Made by a program: the position numbers and the translations under genes
Assembly (NCBI GenBank): GCA_963921275.4
Contig: OZ001293.3
Span: 3,968,001-4,032,000, forward strand
DNA length: 64,000 nt
From: an uncultured Hormoscilla sp.
Lineage (GTDB): Bacteria; Cyanobacteriota; Cyanobacteriia; Cyanobacteriales; Desertifilaceae
Direction of reading: 5' to 3'
Shown: piece after piece, positions 49,701 to 62,636 of the stretch
Layout: every line of letters starts with the position of its first letter
How positions within the stretch are numbered: the first letter of the stretch is position 1
The notes under the pieces: generated by a model
What the model saw: the letters and a program-made list of their open reading frames with translations, nothing else
The model's database searches: none
What the model was told of the DNA's origin: nothing

Positions 49701-51620
49701 ATGGAAGACTGGGAATTTCTGATCCAAAAAGAGGGCCTGAGGACATGGTTGCCCCTAAAACCCCCGATCGCGCAACTAAAGTCGGGTCGCTATCGAGTAG
49801 TGGCGCGATCGAACCGTATCAATACGGAAGTGGAAGTGCGTCTGACTTATCAGTCACAAGTGCAGCGGTTGCAAAAATGGATTCGTCATACTAACGAGAA
49901 AGGTTCGATGCCAGTGTTTCCCTACATCCACCTGCAACCGGGTCTGTGGGAAATTAGCTGTTCTGGTAACCTGATGTCTGAACTGGTAGGAGATAGCTGG
50001 AAGCATACAGTGCAGTTGCAAGTTTTGCCTGTAAAATCAGAGGTCGAACAAGAGGACGAACATCCCGGAATAGATCTAGAAGATAGCGGTAATGTGGAAG
50101 CTTGGCCTGTCAACTCGGAGTCGGAAGTTGACCAACCGGAAGTTGAACCGCCAGATGAAGATCTGATACCAGAGTTAGTAGAAGCATCGGTAGCAGTCCC
50201 GATCGGGCTATCACTTGACCAACGAACTTACATAGCGTTTCCAGGTGAGTCGATCGCCCTTGTGGGACAAGTGGATCTGGCTTCAGAAAACGATCGAACA
50301 TCTGAGTCGCAAATAGAACAAAGAGTCAATACTTACGAATTACTTATTCTTCTGCGCGACCCAGAGAACTCCCAGACCATCAAGGAAATTCGTCAATTAT
50401 TGTCCTTTGAGATCCTGCCGGGACTTTTTGAATATTCCTTTGACCTGCCCCGAGAGTGCCAAACTCGCGTAATTTTGGGAGAACTGCAACTGTTTGATGT
50501 GACATCAGGTTCGTCAATGGTAACTCTTGAGTTTACGATCGCACTGGTGGTGCATGAGTCGATCGAGACGATCTCCCAGCAGGGGAACTCTGTGGGAACT
50601 ATTTTTCCCGAACAGTTGGCCTTAGGTAAAATTAAATCAAAAGCAGACTCCCGGAAGTCCCAACCGCAGGTCAAACCTTCAGTTAATCTCTCTTTCTTTA
50701 ACTTGGCGAAGGATCCTCCACAGCAAGAACATCATCAGAGCAATTTTCAACCCGCACCCTACAGCCCCATACCCGATCGCATTTACCAACCAGACCTGGA
50801 AAAGTCAACCCGCAAGTCTCCCCAACTTCCCCCGATCGGAAATAAGTCCGATCGCCCGCAGGTAGAGTCGGAAGCCAAAGATGCCAACCATGACGATCGG
50901 CAACCGAAAAAACCTCTCAGTTTGCCCCCCATCAAAAAGCCTGATCGCCCAATAGTATCTAGTATGGAGTCGGAAGTAGTGGCTGAAGCACAAGAGGGCG
51001 ATCGCTCAGTTTTGTCACCCAGAGAATTTCTGGGATTAAAATTTCAAGATCGTTTTTCCGAAAGGCTGAAAATCTTGGCTGAAGATCCCGAACCCTTAGA
51101 AATACTGGATCCCAACCCATTGGCCGACTCTTCAGAAGGGGAAGAAAGTAATGAGTCCGAGGATAAATTAGTAGCTGACGAAAGGTTTGTCTATGAAGAA
51201 ATGAGAGGCGATCGGGAGGAATTAGTTGCTCCTACTCAGGGGGTGATCGAGCTTTACGATCGGCCACCAGTGCCTAAACCTGAGTTGCAGGTGCCAGAGG
51301 GTGAATTAGTAGCTGGAGAGTCCATCATCATATTGGTAAAACTGCCTAATTTATTATCCCGCCTTTATGTTAAATTCTGGGTATTAGATCCGCAAACCCG
51401 CACCCTCTTAGAACCGCCGCACTGGTTGACTAAATTTCAGCCTCACCTCTATCAGGACGGGATGGAAACTAATACAGAGTTGACAGTACCTTTTGGCTGC
51501 ATGGAAATTCAAATAGAGGCGATCTCTGTTGAGGTGGCCACCGAACAGGAAAGCCACCAAGTGACAGTTAACCGCATGGTAGTACCGCCTAATTTACCGG
51601 ATTTGAGAATTGAAAATTGA
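49701..51620 (+). CDS. Conserved cyanobacterial hypothetical protein
   Basis: 639-aa ORF with MEDWEFLIQKEG..WLPL N-terminus and acidic/proline-rich middle. Confidence 0.65.
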   Translation: MEDWEFLIQKEGLRTWLPLKPPIAQLKSGRYRVVARSNRINTEVEVRLTYQSQVQRLQKWIRHTNEKGSMPVFPYIHLQPGLWEISCSGNLMSELVGDSWKHTVQLQVLPVKSEVEQEDEHPGIDLEDSGNVEAWPVNSESEVDQPEVEPPDEDLIPELVEASVAVPIGLSLDQRTYIAFPGESIALVGQVDLASENDRTSESQIEQRVNTYELLILLRDPENSQTIKEIRQLLSFEILPGLFEYSFDLPRECQTRVILGELQLFDVTSGSSMVTLEFTIALVVHESIETISQQGNSVGTIFPEQLALGKIKSKADSRKSQPQVKPSVNLSFFNLAKDPPQQEHHQSNFQPAPYSPIPDRIYQPDLEKSTRKSPQLPPIGNKSDRPQVESEAKDANHDDRQPKKPLSLPPIKKPDRPIVSSMESEVVAEAQEGDRSVLSPREFLGLKFQDRFSERLKILAEDPEPLEILDPNPLADSSEGEESNESEDKLVADERFVYEEMRGDREELVAPTQGVIELYDRPPVPKPELQVPEGELVAGESIIILVKLPNLLSRLYVKFWVLDPQTRTLLEPPHWLTKFQPHLYQDGMETNTELTVPFGCMEIQIEAISVEVATEQESHQVTVNRMVVPPNLPDLRIEN

Positions 51621-51797
51621 GAATTGAAAATTGAGAAAATATATAAGCTGTCGCGCATTTAAATTGCATAGGCCGATCTTCTGAAAGTATTGCTCTCAAT
51701 TTGTTTTCCCCTGCATGAATTTTGAATGAGAGAATGAGCGAATTGCTTAGTGGTGATCGCCCACCAGACTACTGCTACCGTGTTACCCTAAAGGAGG

Positions 51798-52719
51798 ATG
51801 CGCAATCACTGCACTGTCGGTAAAGGCCCTTCCATCTGGACCGATATCGTCCAATCTTTTGTGGTCATGTTCGTTTGCTTTGGCATGCTTGCTGTGGCAA
51901 TTAGAGCTGGAGGAGGGGTTTGGGAAATTATTTCTCAACTTCATCAGATCGATCCTCAACTGATGAATATCACTGCCGAATTTAGCGGGTGGACTTTGGT
52001 CGCCTACCTGGTAGGATTTTTCTTTTTTGGCATCGGATTTGATTCAGCCTCAATTTCTAGTCAGGTTGCTCGCTGGACGGAGTCCGACAGAAGCTGCCCG
52101 AGGTCGATGGATTTACTTAGCTTATGTCTATTCTACCTGGAGTTATATGGTTGCCTTCGGTATCATTTGTCGGGTGTTAATCCCCGATCTTGAAGACCCC
52201 GAACAAGCTTTGTCCTTGTATGCTATACAAAACTTCAATCCCGGGTTGGTGGGAATAGTCCTCGCTGGCATCTTTTCCGTTATTGCCTCCACTGCTGATT
52301 CCCAACTCCTGGTTTGTTCCAGTGCCCTGGGTAGAGATATTTTCCCTTATTTGGAGAGCAAAATGTCTAAAATATATGGGATAAAATATCAGCAGTTTAT
52401 TACCTTGTTGGTGGGAATATTAGCGGCGATCGCGACGATATATCTATCGGCTACAGTTTTTTCCTTGAGTCTGTTTGCGGTGGGGGCCTTGGCGGGTTCC
52501 ATCGGACCGGCAATGCTGATTGCGATCTTGAAAAGCCGCACTCATGCTCTGGCTTTTATCAGTACGATGTTGGTGGGATTAATGACTGCTTTAGCCTGGG
52601 AAGCTTGGGTAGATAATCAAATACGAGATTTTTCCCAGCTTCTTAATGGCTTTGTTCGTCCACGAACTGTTAATGAAGACTGTTTTCAAGAAGGTATTTG
52701 GAGAATTTTAGATTGTTAG
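51798..52719 (+). pseudogene. Sodium:solute (proline) symporter fragment
   Basis: SIWTDIVQS, QPQFLVR, DPEQAL, LAGIFSVIASTADSQLLVCSS; 5'-truncated and frameshifted near 52025. Confidence 0.8.
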
Positions 52720-53163
52720 ATCGCATGTAGTGAGCGATCGCCCACCACAATACTTCTCGGTTAATAACAATAACGTATCATTGCAAGGGGGGGGGAGCCC
52801 AAACCAACATCTTCCGGGAGTGTCGCCAGGATCCCCCCCGAAGCAATCTCATACCTTATAGGGGAGGGGGAGATTGCTTCGGGGGGGTTAATTCAATTGA
52901 GCATAAATTAATCGCTACATACCCCCCTCGCAATGACAAATGTCAGCCGTCGTGCTTAACCGAAAAGTATTGTCGCCGACCAGACTGCCGGAGCGATCGC
53001 GCTTTTGCCAAGCAAACCAAAAACCTCGTTCCCTGACTCCGGCAGGGAACGAAATTTAGAGGCTCTGCCTCCTGGGAAGACGCGAGGCAGAGCCTCTGGG
53101 CAACGTTGCTAGCTGGAAACTAGCAACGAGGGGAAACGAGGGGAAATGCTTCGCCCCGAAGTC

Positions 53164-54156
53164 TTAAGGATCTTCCGTCTCTTCTTCTACTGATGTATCC
53201 TCAACTGGGATCCGAGCGACGAACCGATCTAACTGTTCTACTGTCAGGGCTACATCCACAAGTTCCTCTAGTTGCTCGACAGTACAAGAGGTGAGGCGAG
53301 TCTGTACCGACTCTGACACCAAGCCAAACCGATGTTGCAGAACTCGCAACAACTGCCGCAGAGCACCTTGATGAATGCCCAGATCGAGACCTTTCTCAAT
53401 GCCAATTCTTTCCACACTGGTGATGTATTGCATCTGTTTTTCCTCCTGGAATTGATTTACTTCTTGCCAAAACTCTTTTTCTAGTTCTTGGGGCAGTTGC
53501 ATGACCCAGTCAATGAACTTAAAGATATTGACAATTTCTTCCCGTTCATAGCCTTTCTGATACAACCGCCTGATTAAAGACAATTTCCAGCGTTTGCGTT
53601 CCTGCTGTTGTCCTCGTGTTTCTTGAGCTTTCAGATGGGCCATCACGACCGTAGCAAAAGGATTCCGGCTTTCTTCTAACTCTTGCCACCTGTCCTTATA
53701 GTCTAGCAACTTCGCGATCGGGAAATTAAATGCTATTCCACATCCTAGCAGTTGCTCGCTAAATTCACTTGGCCTCCATCCAGCATCGGCGTCGGTAAGG
53801 ATGGCAAAACTGGCTACTTTGCAGTTGAAAAGATCTCTGATACGATAGTTGTAGGTGTACATCCGTTCAGCAAAGCCGGTTTTGCGCTGATTCTGGACTT
53901 CTATATGCACCATTACCCACAGTTCGTCGCCATTTTTCAGCCAAACTTTTGCAAGTTTGTCTGCGATGCGCTTTCCGATCTCCGCCGTCGGTCGCACCTG
54001 CTGGAGTTCTGTCTCCTGAAATTCGTATTTTCTCGACCAGTCTATCTCTCCATATGCCAAAGGGAAAAAGAATTCCATAAATTCGGGAAAAAAGTTTCCT
54101 ATGATATCCTTCCAGGGACTATCATAGTCTGCTGTTGGTTCATTCTGAGTTGACAT
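53164..54156 (-). CDS. Rpn/YhgA-like (transposase_31-type) PD-(D/E)xK protein with DUF4351-like C-terminus
   Basis: DYDSPWK, RIADKLAKV, HIEVQ, FAERMYTYNYRI, NPFATVVMAHL, YITSVERIG. Confidence 0.8.
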   Translation of the reverse strand: MSTQNEPTADYDSPWKDIIGNFFPEFMEFFFPLAYGEIDWSRKYEFQETELQQVRPTAEIGKRIADKLAKVWLKNGDELWVMVHIEVQNQRKTGFAERMYTYNYRIRDLFNCKVASFAILTDADAGWRPSEFSEQLLGCGIAFNFPIAKLLDYKDRWQELEESRNPFATVVMAHLKAQETRGQQQERKRWKLSLIRRLYQKGYEREEIVNIFKFIDWVMQLPQELEKEFWQEVNQFQEEKQMQYITSVERIGIEKGLDLGIHQGALRQLLRVLQHRFGLVSESVQTRLTSCTVEQLEELVDVALTVEQLDRFVARIPVEDTSVEEETEDP

Positions 54157-54462
54157 AAATCTACTATCTTCATCCTTACTCTCTATTATACATTATTTTC
54201 ACGGGCAATATTTTTCTCCTTTGCTGATGGTGCATTTCAATTCTATTCTATCCGATATTACCGTAGCGGGACGATCGCAAAAAAAACCTCCTTCCCTGAC
54301 GATCGCATTACCAAAAACAAGGTTGAGGAGATTTCTTGCTCATGGATGCACTACAGCGCAGCTTGAATAATGAAATTGCTTCTATGGCTGTGGTGATGGA
54401 TGCTGGCTTAACCTGCTATAATCAAGTATATCTTATCCAAAAGGCGATCGCGAAGTGCAACT

Positions 54463-54789
54463 ATGACATTGGCAGAATTAGAAACGCAACTCCTGGCCTT
54501 GACTCCCGCTGAAAAAGCGTCAGCCATAGGTATTTTAACTCAAAATTTAAGCAATGGTTCCCCAGGAATTACCAAGACTCCTGGGGTCTGTGGCGGTGAA
54601 GCTTGCATCGCGAGGACTCGCATCCCTGTTTGGTTGCTGGTGAGTTTTCGTCGTCAAGGTGCAACAGATGCTTATATCCTAGAAGGCTATCCCCATCTTA
54701 GTGCTGCCGATCTGGTGAATGTCTGGGCTTATGCTGATGCACACCCAGAGGAAATTGAAGAGGCGATCGTAAAGAATAGGGAAGCCTGA
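54463..54789 (+). CDS. DUF433 family antitoxin
   Basis: ITKTPGVCGGEACIARTRIPVW...YPHLSAADL. Confidence 0.9.
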   Translation: MTLAELETQLLALTPAEKASAIGILTQNLSNGSPGITKTPGVCGGEACIARTRIPVWLLVSFRRQGATDAYILEGYPHLSAADLVNVWAYADAHPEEIEEAIVKNREA

Positions 54790-54792
54790 TCT

Positions 54793-55977
<1,185 letters not shown>

Positions 55978-56207
55978 CGGTCAAAAAGGGTCAGCCATGT
56001 AAACATCCTTCCCTGACGACCGTAATAAACGCGCATCTAGAGGATCTCCTCCTGAGAAGAAGCTCCTGCGGAGTCTATGGGGAACGTTGCATCGCGGTGA
56101 AATAGGTTGACAGTGGCAGAGCAGGCATGGCAAAATTAGTTCTGTGACTTTTGACTAAATAGCCGCAGGTGTTACAAAAGCAGTATGCTATAGGCAAGGC
56201 AGTTTAA

Positions 56208-56555
56208 ATGGCAGAGCAACAGACTAGAGCAAAAACACCGCTCGATTTATATCGACAGGGTAATGCCAGTTCCCCTAGAATGGATAACGTGCGCACAAAG
56301 GATATTGAAATTTATGAGCAAGAGGGGCAAATCTGGGTTAATCCTAGTTTAGAAGGAGGCATATCCACATTCGCTGCTCCCCGATCGGGGAAAAATTGGT
56401 GGAAATTAGAACAGGGTACGGAAATTCCTCCTCAACTCACCTTAGTTAATGACTATGGCAACCATTGGTTGTGGAAACCAAGGGAGGTGATGCCTTTGGA
56501 GGAATACAAAGCAGCGCTGCGAGAGATTGGCGACCATTTTGCAAAAGTGAATTAA
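56208..56555 (+). CDS. Tse2-like ADP-ribosyltransferase-fold toxin (putative)
   Basis: LYR..N, GGISTF, WWKL..GTEIPPQL.LVND..NHW..KP..MPLEEYKAAL match my recollection of the Tse2-like ART family. Confidence 0.62.
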   Translation: MAEQQTRAKTPLDLYRQGNASSPRMDNVRTKDIEIYEQEGQIWVNPSLEGGISTFAAPRSGKNWWKLEQGTEIPPQLTLVNDYGNHWLWKPREVMPLEEYKAALREIGDHFAKVN

Positions 56556-56599
56556 ATTCAACTCTTGAGGAGAAAATGAAGTCGTAAAAGGAGTCTAAC

Positions 56600-57007
56600 A
56601 TGAATCTATCATACAAAGCGATACAGTTTCTTATTGAAGCTATTGACTATCGGATCGAAGCTTACGAGGAAAGGTTGAAGTTAATAGAGGACATTGATGA
56701 AGATGAAGCTTCTGACATTGGCAATGATTGTGGTTTTTTAGAAGCCCTGAGGCACGATTTAACGCAGACATTGCAAAATCGCGAGACTGTTCTACTCTCA
56801 GCAGATAGAACTGTCCGAAAAGATGAAGCTGTATCAGAGGGCTTATCTTTGCCAGAATTATTTCAGCCAGTTTTACAGTTATCAATGAGCGATCGCCTCT
56901 TGCTGGTAGATGCGATCGCCGAATCTCTTCGTCAGGAAACGATCGCCTCTGGCAAATCAGAGACTGCATCAGAGGAGACTTTCTCTAGTAAAGTCTCCTC
57001 TGTTTGA
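56600..57007 (+). CDS. Acidic hypothetical protein, possible antitoxin/immunity partner
   Basis: RBS AAGGAG, directly downstream of the putative toxin; C-terminal VLQLSMSDRLLLVDAIAESL resembles addiction-module helices. Confidence 0.55.
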   Translation: MNLSYKAIQFLIEAIDYRIEAYEERLKLIEDIDEDEASDIGNDCGFLEALRHDLTQTLQNRETVLLSADRTVRKDEAVSEGLSLPELFQPVLQLSMSDRLLLVDAIAESLRQETIASGKSETASEETFSSKVSSV

Positions 57008-57089
57008 GACCGATCGCCCACCATCCTGCCTACGCGATCGCCTCCAACAAGCCAAAAACAGCTCTCAGTTGAGAGCTGTATTCTGAGTT

Positions 57090-57280
57090 TAACGGGAAGT
57101 TAAGCTCTTTAATCTGAGCAGGAGTTTTCTGGGAGACTCTCAGAATTTCAATACCTACTACATTCCTCGATCGTCAAAGTCATAAACTATCCCAGGAGCA
57201 ACCTCTTCTGATTCGATAATTGGGGAGTCATTAAGGCGCAAATAAGCTGCATCTGCTTGTCCATCGAATTCTAATTTCAT
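57090..57280 (-). pseudogene. DUF2283 family protein, frameshifted
   Basis: MKLEFDGQADAAYLRL...ESEEVAPGIVYDFD, then a 1-nt loss before VVGIEIL. Confidence 0.7.
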
Positions 57281-57288
57281 AATTTACC

Positions 57289-57579
57289 CTATCGATCCTG
57301 ATGGGCATATTCCTGCTCGAACATCTTCTGTCGATTCTGACGCAAACGCACGATCGTCTCTTTTTGGATGTCGCTTAGCTGCAAATCCTCCAAATCCTCA
57401 TCATTTTTAATAAACGGAGCCAAGGCATTCAGGTTTTCGATCCCGCGTTTCATTTTGTAGGCATCTGTTACCAACTCACCGATGAAACTGACTACATCTG
57501 TTTCCTTTGCGGTTGCTAGTGCTTGCAGTTGCTCGTACAGTGGGCCTGGCAATTCCAGGGTGACATGTTCTGTATTCAT
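57289..57579 (-). CDS. Antitoxin-like protein (RHH-like N-terminus), orphan paralogue
   Basis: MNTEHVTLELPGPLYEQLQALATA is almost identical to the start of 58131-58412. Confidence 0.6.
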   Translation of the reverse strand: MNTEHVTLELPGPLYEQLQALATAKETDVVSFIGELVTDAYKMKRGIENLNALAPFIKNDEDLEDLQLSDIQKETIVRLRQNRQKMFEQEYAHQDR

Positions 57580-57730
57580 AGACCAATTTACTCTGTTGAA
57601 CTGACATCTCAATCTAATTTTAGCATACACCACCCATCAAGTGACCATGTTGGAGGCTGAAACCAACATGGTGCTTTCTTGGAGGTATTGGCGAGTATAC
57701 CACTGTTCTAATTACTAGAGCGATTGCCCA

Positions 57731-58150
57731 CTACGCATCATCTTCCAACAACTTGATAAATTCAGCAGCATTTAAAATTTGAAAAGCTGTGGTGTCCAAA
57801 TCGCGGATAAAATGGCGATTCTCAGAGATTAGGTGGCTGACGTTCATCCATTCGGCAAATGCACCAATGAAGGCATCGGCTTTAGCAGGTAAACCCAAAT
57901 TGATATATTTCTCAACTAAAGCCGATGGGATTGGTTCGTCAATAATCTGACCGAATTTACGATCCTGAAACAATCTGTAAAATTCTCGCAGCTGTTCTGC
58001 GACCACTAAATTGCGGGTAACTTCTTTGGCAATTAAGCGGGGGATAGTTATGTGGATTTTACTCCTCACCAATATTAACAGCTTGACCTTGTCTGGATCA
58101 CTCTTCTGTAACCCTGGGATAAAGGTACTACTATCGATACAGATGCGCAT
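57731..58150 (-). CDS. PIN-domain (VapC-like) toxin
   Basis: ICIDSSTFI, EV.RNL, ADAFI, LISENRHF. Confidence 0.75.
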   Translation of the reverse strand: MRICIDSSTFIPGLQKSDPDKVKLLILVRSKIHITIPRLIAKEVTRNLVVAEQLREFYRLFQDRKFGQIIDEPIPSALVEKYINLGLPAKADAFIGAFAEWMNVSHLISENRHFIRDLDTTAFQILNAAEFIKLLEDDA

Positions 58151-58412
58151 ATTCCTCCTCGAAAATCTCCTGTCGAGTCTGACGCAAACGCTCGTTTATC
58201 TCTTCTTGGGTGTCGCCTAGCTGCAAACCCCCATGAGCTTGAATTAGCTGATACAAATTATCCAGGGTTTTTAGCCAACGTTCTCCTTCGTAGGCATCTG
58301 TGACCAACTGTTCGAGGTAGCTGACGACATCGGTTTCCTCTGCAGTTGCTAGTGCTTGCAGTTGCTCGTGCAGTGGGCCAGGCAATTCCAGGGTGACATG
58401 TTCTGTATTCAT
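58131..58412 (-). CDS. Antitoxin upstream of the PIN toxin
   Basis: Small protein overlapping the PIN gene start; VTLELP beta-strand followed by helices. Confidence 0.68.
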   Translation of the reverse strand: MNTEHVTLELPGPLHEQLQALATAEETDVVSYLEQLVTDAYEGERWLKTLDNLYQLIQAHGGLQLGDTQEEINERLRQTRQEIFEEEYAHLYR

Positions 58413-58674
58413 ATACTAATTTACTCCGTTGCAGAGATTTGACATTTCAATCTAATTTTAGTATACACTACTGAACCTATTGTTGGTGCGTAAGCGCCTC
58501 ATACCATCAGCTATACTCTAGGCTTTGCCTTATATATTTTTATGGTATGAAACTGTATTTCCTGGAAAAAATATCCAGTAGATGTCATACAATAAAATAG
58601 AAGTGCTAAACAACCTGTCGGGGGCATCTCACCCCGATGATGGGGCAATGGGATCTAAAAAATCAGGAGGTTAG

Positions 58675-61600
58675 ATGGTGGCAGATAAGCAAAAACTAAA
58701 CAAACCGCTATTTTCACAGCATTATCTGGATCTTCGGCTTCAGAAATGCCCGGAGTGGCAGGTGGATGTGAACGTAGGGTATGAGCAGTTAAAAGGGCTT
58801 TATATGTTAAAAAAAGATTTGTTGCCCACCCTCAATGAGGCGCAAACTGAGGAAGTATTTATTAAACCGGTGTTGGATATTCTGGGATTTAGCCACATTC
58901 CCCAGGTAACGACTCGCGGGAAAGGTCGAGCCCAACGACCGGACTATGCCCTATTTAACAGTGAAAGCGATCGGGATGCTGCTTATCCTCTACAAAATGA
59001 CGAACCGGCTTTTTATGCCAAAGTCCCTTGCGTCGCGGAAGCTAAATACTGGGAACGCCCCTTAAGCCAGGTTTCTGCTAATGACGAACGGGATACTTAT
59101 AGCAACAAAAATCCATCCTTTCAAATTACTAGCTATCTAGACGGGACGAGGGTTGATTGGGGTATTTTAACCAATGGCAAAGAGTGGCGACTGTATTATC
59201 GGCAAGCCTCTTCAACGGCAACGGAGTTCTATCAAGTCGATTTGGTAGAACTTCTGGAAGGAGAAGATCGGGATCGGTTTAAATATTTTTGGCTATTCTT
59301 TCGCCAGGAAGCGTTCCGGAAAGACCCCCAAGGACGCAACTTTTTAGAACGAGTGCGAGAGGGGAGTACCACCTATGCCACCCGAGCCGGAAATGAGTTA
59401 AAGGCGTTGGTATTCGATCGCCTGTTTCCCGACCTGGCAGGTGGGTTTGTGGCAGATGGGACGCGACGGGGAAAGCAGGTGGAACCAGAGCAGGTGTATG
59501 AGGCTACCCTATCGTTTCTTTATAAGCTGTTATTTTTGCTCTATGCTGAAGCCAGAAATCTGCTGCCCATTGATAGCGATTATCGAGATTATAGTTTAAT
59601 TCAGTTAACCCAGGAAGTCGCCCAAAGTATCGATGTTCGCAAGAACTTGAGCCAGACTTCTACGGGAATGTACGATCGCCTTCTAAATTTATTTCAAATC
59701 GTAGATCGCAAAGATGCCGGGTTAGGAATACCTCGCTACAATGGCGGGTTATTTCACTTTGACTTTACTCGGCCTGAAGATTGTATTGAGGATCGCCCCA
59801 ATTATTTTTTGTCTCAATTTAAGCTAACGGATGCGGTGCTAGCTCCCGCTTTAGACAAATTGGCGCGATTTGAAGGACAGCCCATCGATTATAGCTTTTT
59901 GGGGGTGCGACAATTAGGCTCAATTTACGAAGGATTGTTGGAATATCGAGTAGTCATTGAGGATGCTGCTACTGGCAAGGTACATCTAGAAAATGACAAG
60001 GGAGAGCGCAAAGCAACCGGGTCTTATTATACCCCGGAATATATTGTCAAGTACATTGTCAGCCATGCAGTTAAGCCAGTTTTAGAAGGACGACAAGCCC
60101 GGTTTGACGAACTGATGGCGCAAATACGCTGCGCGAAAAATCGGATGCAAGACAAACGGTTAGGAGAGCAAAGTCTTAACGGGTTGCAAAAAGACTTGCA
60201 ACGATTAGAGCGAGAAGCCCAAAGTACGTTACTGGATATCAAAGTCTGCGATCCGGCAATGGGCAGCGGTCATTTTTTAGTGGAAGCGGTGAATTATTTG
60301 ACCGACGAGTTAATCAGCATTTTAACCGCATATCCCGAAAATCCCGTGCTGGAAATGCTGGAACAAACGCGCCAAAGCATTTTGGAAAATTTAGAACGGC
60401 AGGGAATCGCTATTAACCCCGATCGACTAGAACCCACTCAACTGCTACAGCGGGTGGTGATGAAACGCTGCATTTATGGGGTGGACTTAAACCCGATGGC
60501 AGTGGAACTGGCAAAAGTTAGTTTATAGCTGCATTCCTTTACCATTGGCGCACCCTTGAGTTTTTTAGACCACCATTTGCGCTGCGGTAATTCCCTGATC
60601 GGTACGACGGCGCGAGAAGCGGAAGCAAAGATGGCCCAAGAAGAAAGCGGACAGTTAAATTTGCTAACGGGACCCTTTGTCGGGTTGCTGAGAGCGGCGG
60701 AAATCATGCGGGGCGTGAGCGTTTTGAGCGATGCCACTTTTGCGGAGGTGGAGCAAAGCGAAAGGTTGTTTCGTTCCTTTGATGAGGCGGCTAAACCTTA
60801 CAAGCGGTTGTTAGATATTTACGTTTCTCAGTTTTTTGGGGTAAAACAAGCCAAGAATCTTTTAGAGAGATTTGGTCCTGCGGCAATTACGGCGGATCCG
60901 AACAAGATGAAGAAGGCCGATGCAGCGGTTTACGAGCAGGCCCAAAAACTCAGCCAAGAGAAGCGCTTTTTTCATTGGGATTTGGAGTTTCCAGAGGTCT
61001 TTATCGATTTTGGCACTGCCAGTTGGAAGGAAAATGGGGGGTTTGATGTAGTGGTAGGGAACCCACCTTATTTGAATGCTATTGAACTCAATCAAAGCTT
61101 GTCGAGCTTTGAAAAGCCCTATTGGAAGACTAAGTTTAGTTCTGCTTATGGTGCTTACGATCTCTATCTTATTTTCTTGGAACAAGGAGTTAATCTGGTT
61201 AAGAGTGACGGTAATTCAGGCATGATTACACCCAATAAATTTCTTTCAGCACCTTACGCCAAAGCATTTAGAGAATATATGATTGGTAATACATGCCTGT
61301 TAAGATTACTAGATGTGTTTTCTTTGTCTATTTTTGAAGGTCCGTCAGTTTATCCCGTTGTTTCTATTCTTAAATCTGGCTTACCAACCAAAGAATACAA
61401 TATTGTAGTTGAGTCAAAACACCTTGGCTCTGAAAAAACAGCTATTATTGAGTACAACAGCAGGAACTTAAAAAAATTCCCTGATTTTCTCTTATGGTTT
61501 CTCATTTCAAATTTTTTAGAGCTTGCCTTAAAAGTTGAAAATAAATCAATTACGCTTGATGAAGTTGCTGTTATTCTTGCTTCTAGTACAGCTAGAGAGG

Positions 61601-62610
61601 CCGATGCTTATTCTCAGGCTTTGAGCGATCGCGAAACAGAAGAATGCTTAAAATTTGTTAATACTGGGTTAATTGACAGATGGGCTTTGGTTTGGGGAAC
61701 TGAACCATTAACTCATCAAAGAGTTCAATTTTTAACTCCATATTTACAATTGAACAATGCTGTTCTTTCAGAAAAGCGAATTAACCAGTATATGACTCCT
61801 AAAATTATTTTCTCAAAGATCTCAAAATATCCAGAGAGTTTTTGGGATGTAACGGGAGAATATGCTTCAGCAAACACCAATTTTGTTTATGCCAAGAACT
61901 CAAACTATTCCCTTGGATATTTATCTGCTATTTTAAATAGCTGCTTAACCGCTCTGATTTATAAAGTTTATTTTGGAAGTCTTGTTATGAGTGGGGGTTA
62001 TTTCCAGTTTCAATCTCCTCAATTAAAAGTGATTCCTATCCGAAAAATCGACTTCGTTACGCCAAATCCTCGCCGCCAACAAGCCCTAGAAAGCGCGATC
62101 GCCCTCTACAACCAATACCAAACCAACGGCAACCCCGAGCCAGTGTTAGCCGAAGTCCGCGATCGCCTCAGCCAACAGCCAGAAGAAGCGGACGTTATCC
62201 ACGATCTGCTAGCCTACCTAGCGGAACAAATGCTCGAACTCAACAAGCAAAAGCAAGGGGAAATTAAAGGCTTCTTGCAATGGCTAGAACGCTTTATCGG
62301 TTGCCCTATTGACCAACTCGCCAAGAAAACCGAAATTCAGAATTACCTAGGGGACTATTATAAAGACGAAGCCCATCTCCGCTTTGATGATTTAATCGCA
62401 GTGCTGAAGAGAAATAAGAGGCAACTCACAATTGATCCTGTTGCCCGCACGGAACAAGAAACCTTAGCAAAAGAATATCAAGCCACCTTAGATACATTGC
62501 TGCCGCTGAAAATGCAACTGAAGCAGTGCGATAACCTAATAGATGCCATTGTTTATCAGCTTTATGGATTAACAGAGGAAGAAATTGCTATTGTCAACCG
62601 AAAAAAGTAA
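58675..62610 (+). pseudogene. Type IIG/IIL (Eco57I-like) fused restriction endonuclease-N6 methyltransferase with one in-frame TAG
   Basis: PDY...AEAK nuclease motif, ILTNG..WRLY, GSYYTP, CDPAMGSGHFL, YGVDLNP, FDVVVGNPPY. Both ORFs are in the same frame, separated by TAG at 60526-60528 (KVSL*LH, where Trp is expected). Confidence 0.88.
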
Positions 62611-62636
62611 TGTAGGACTTTTTGCTATACTACATA

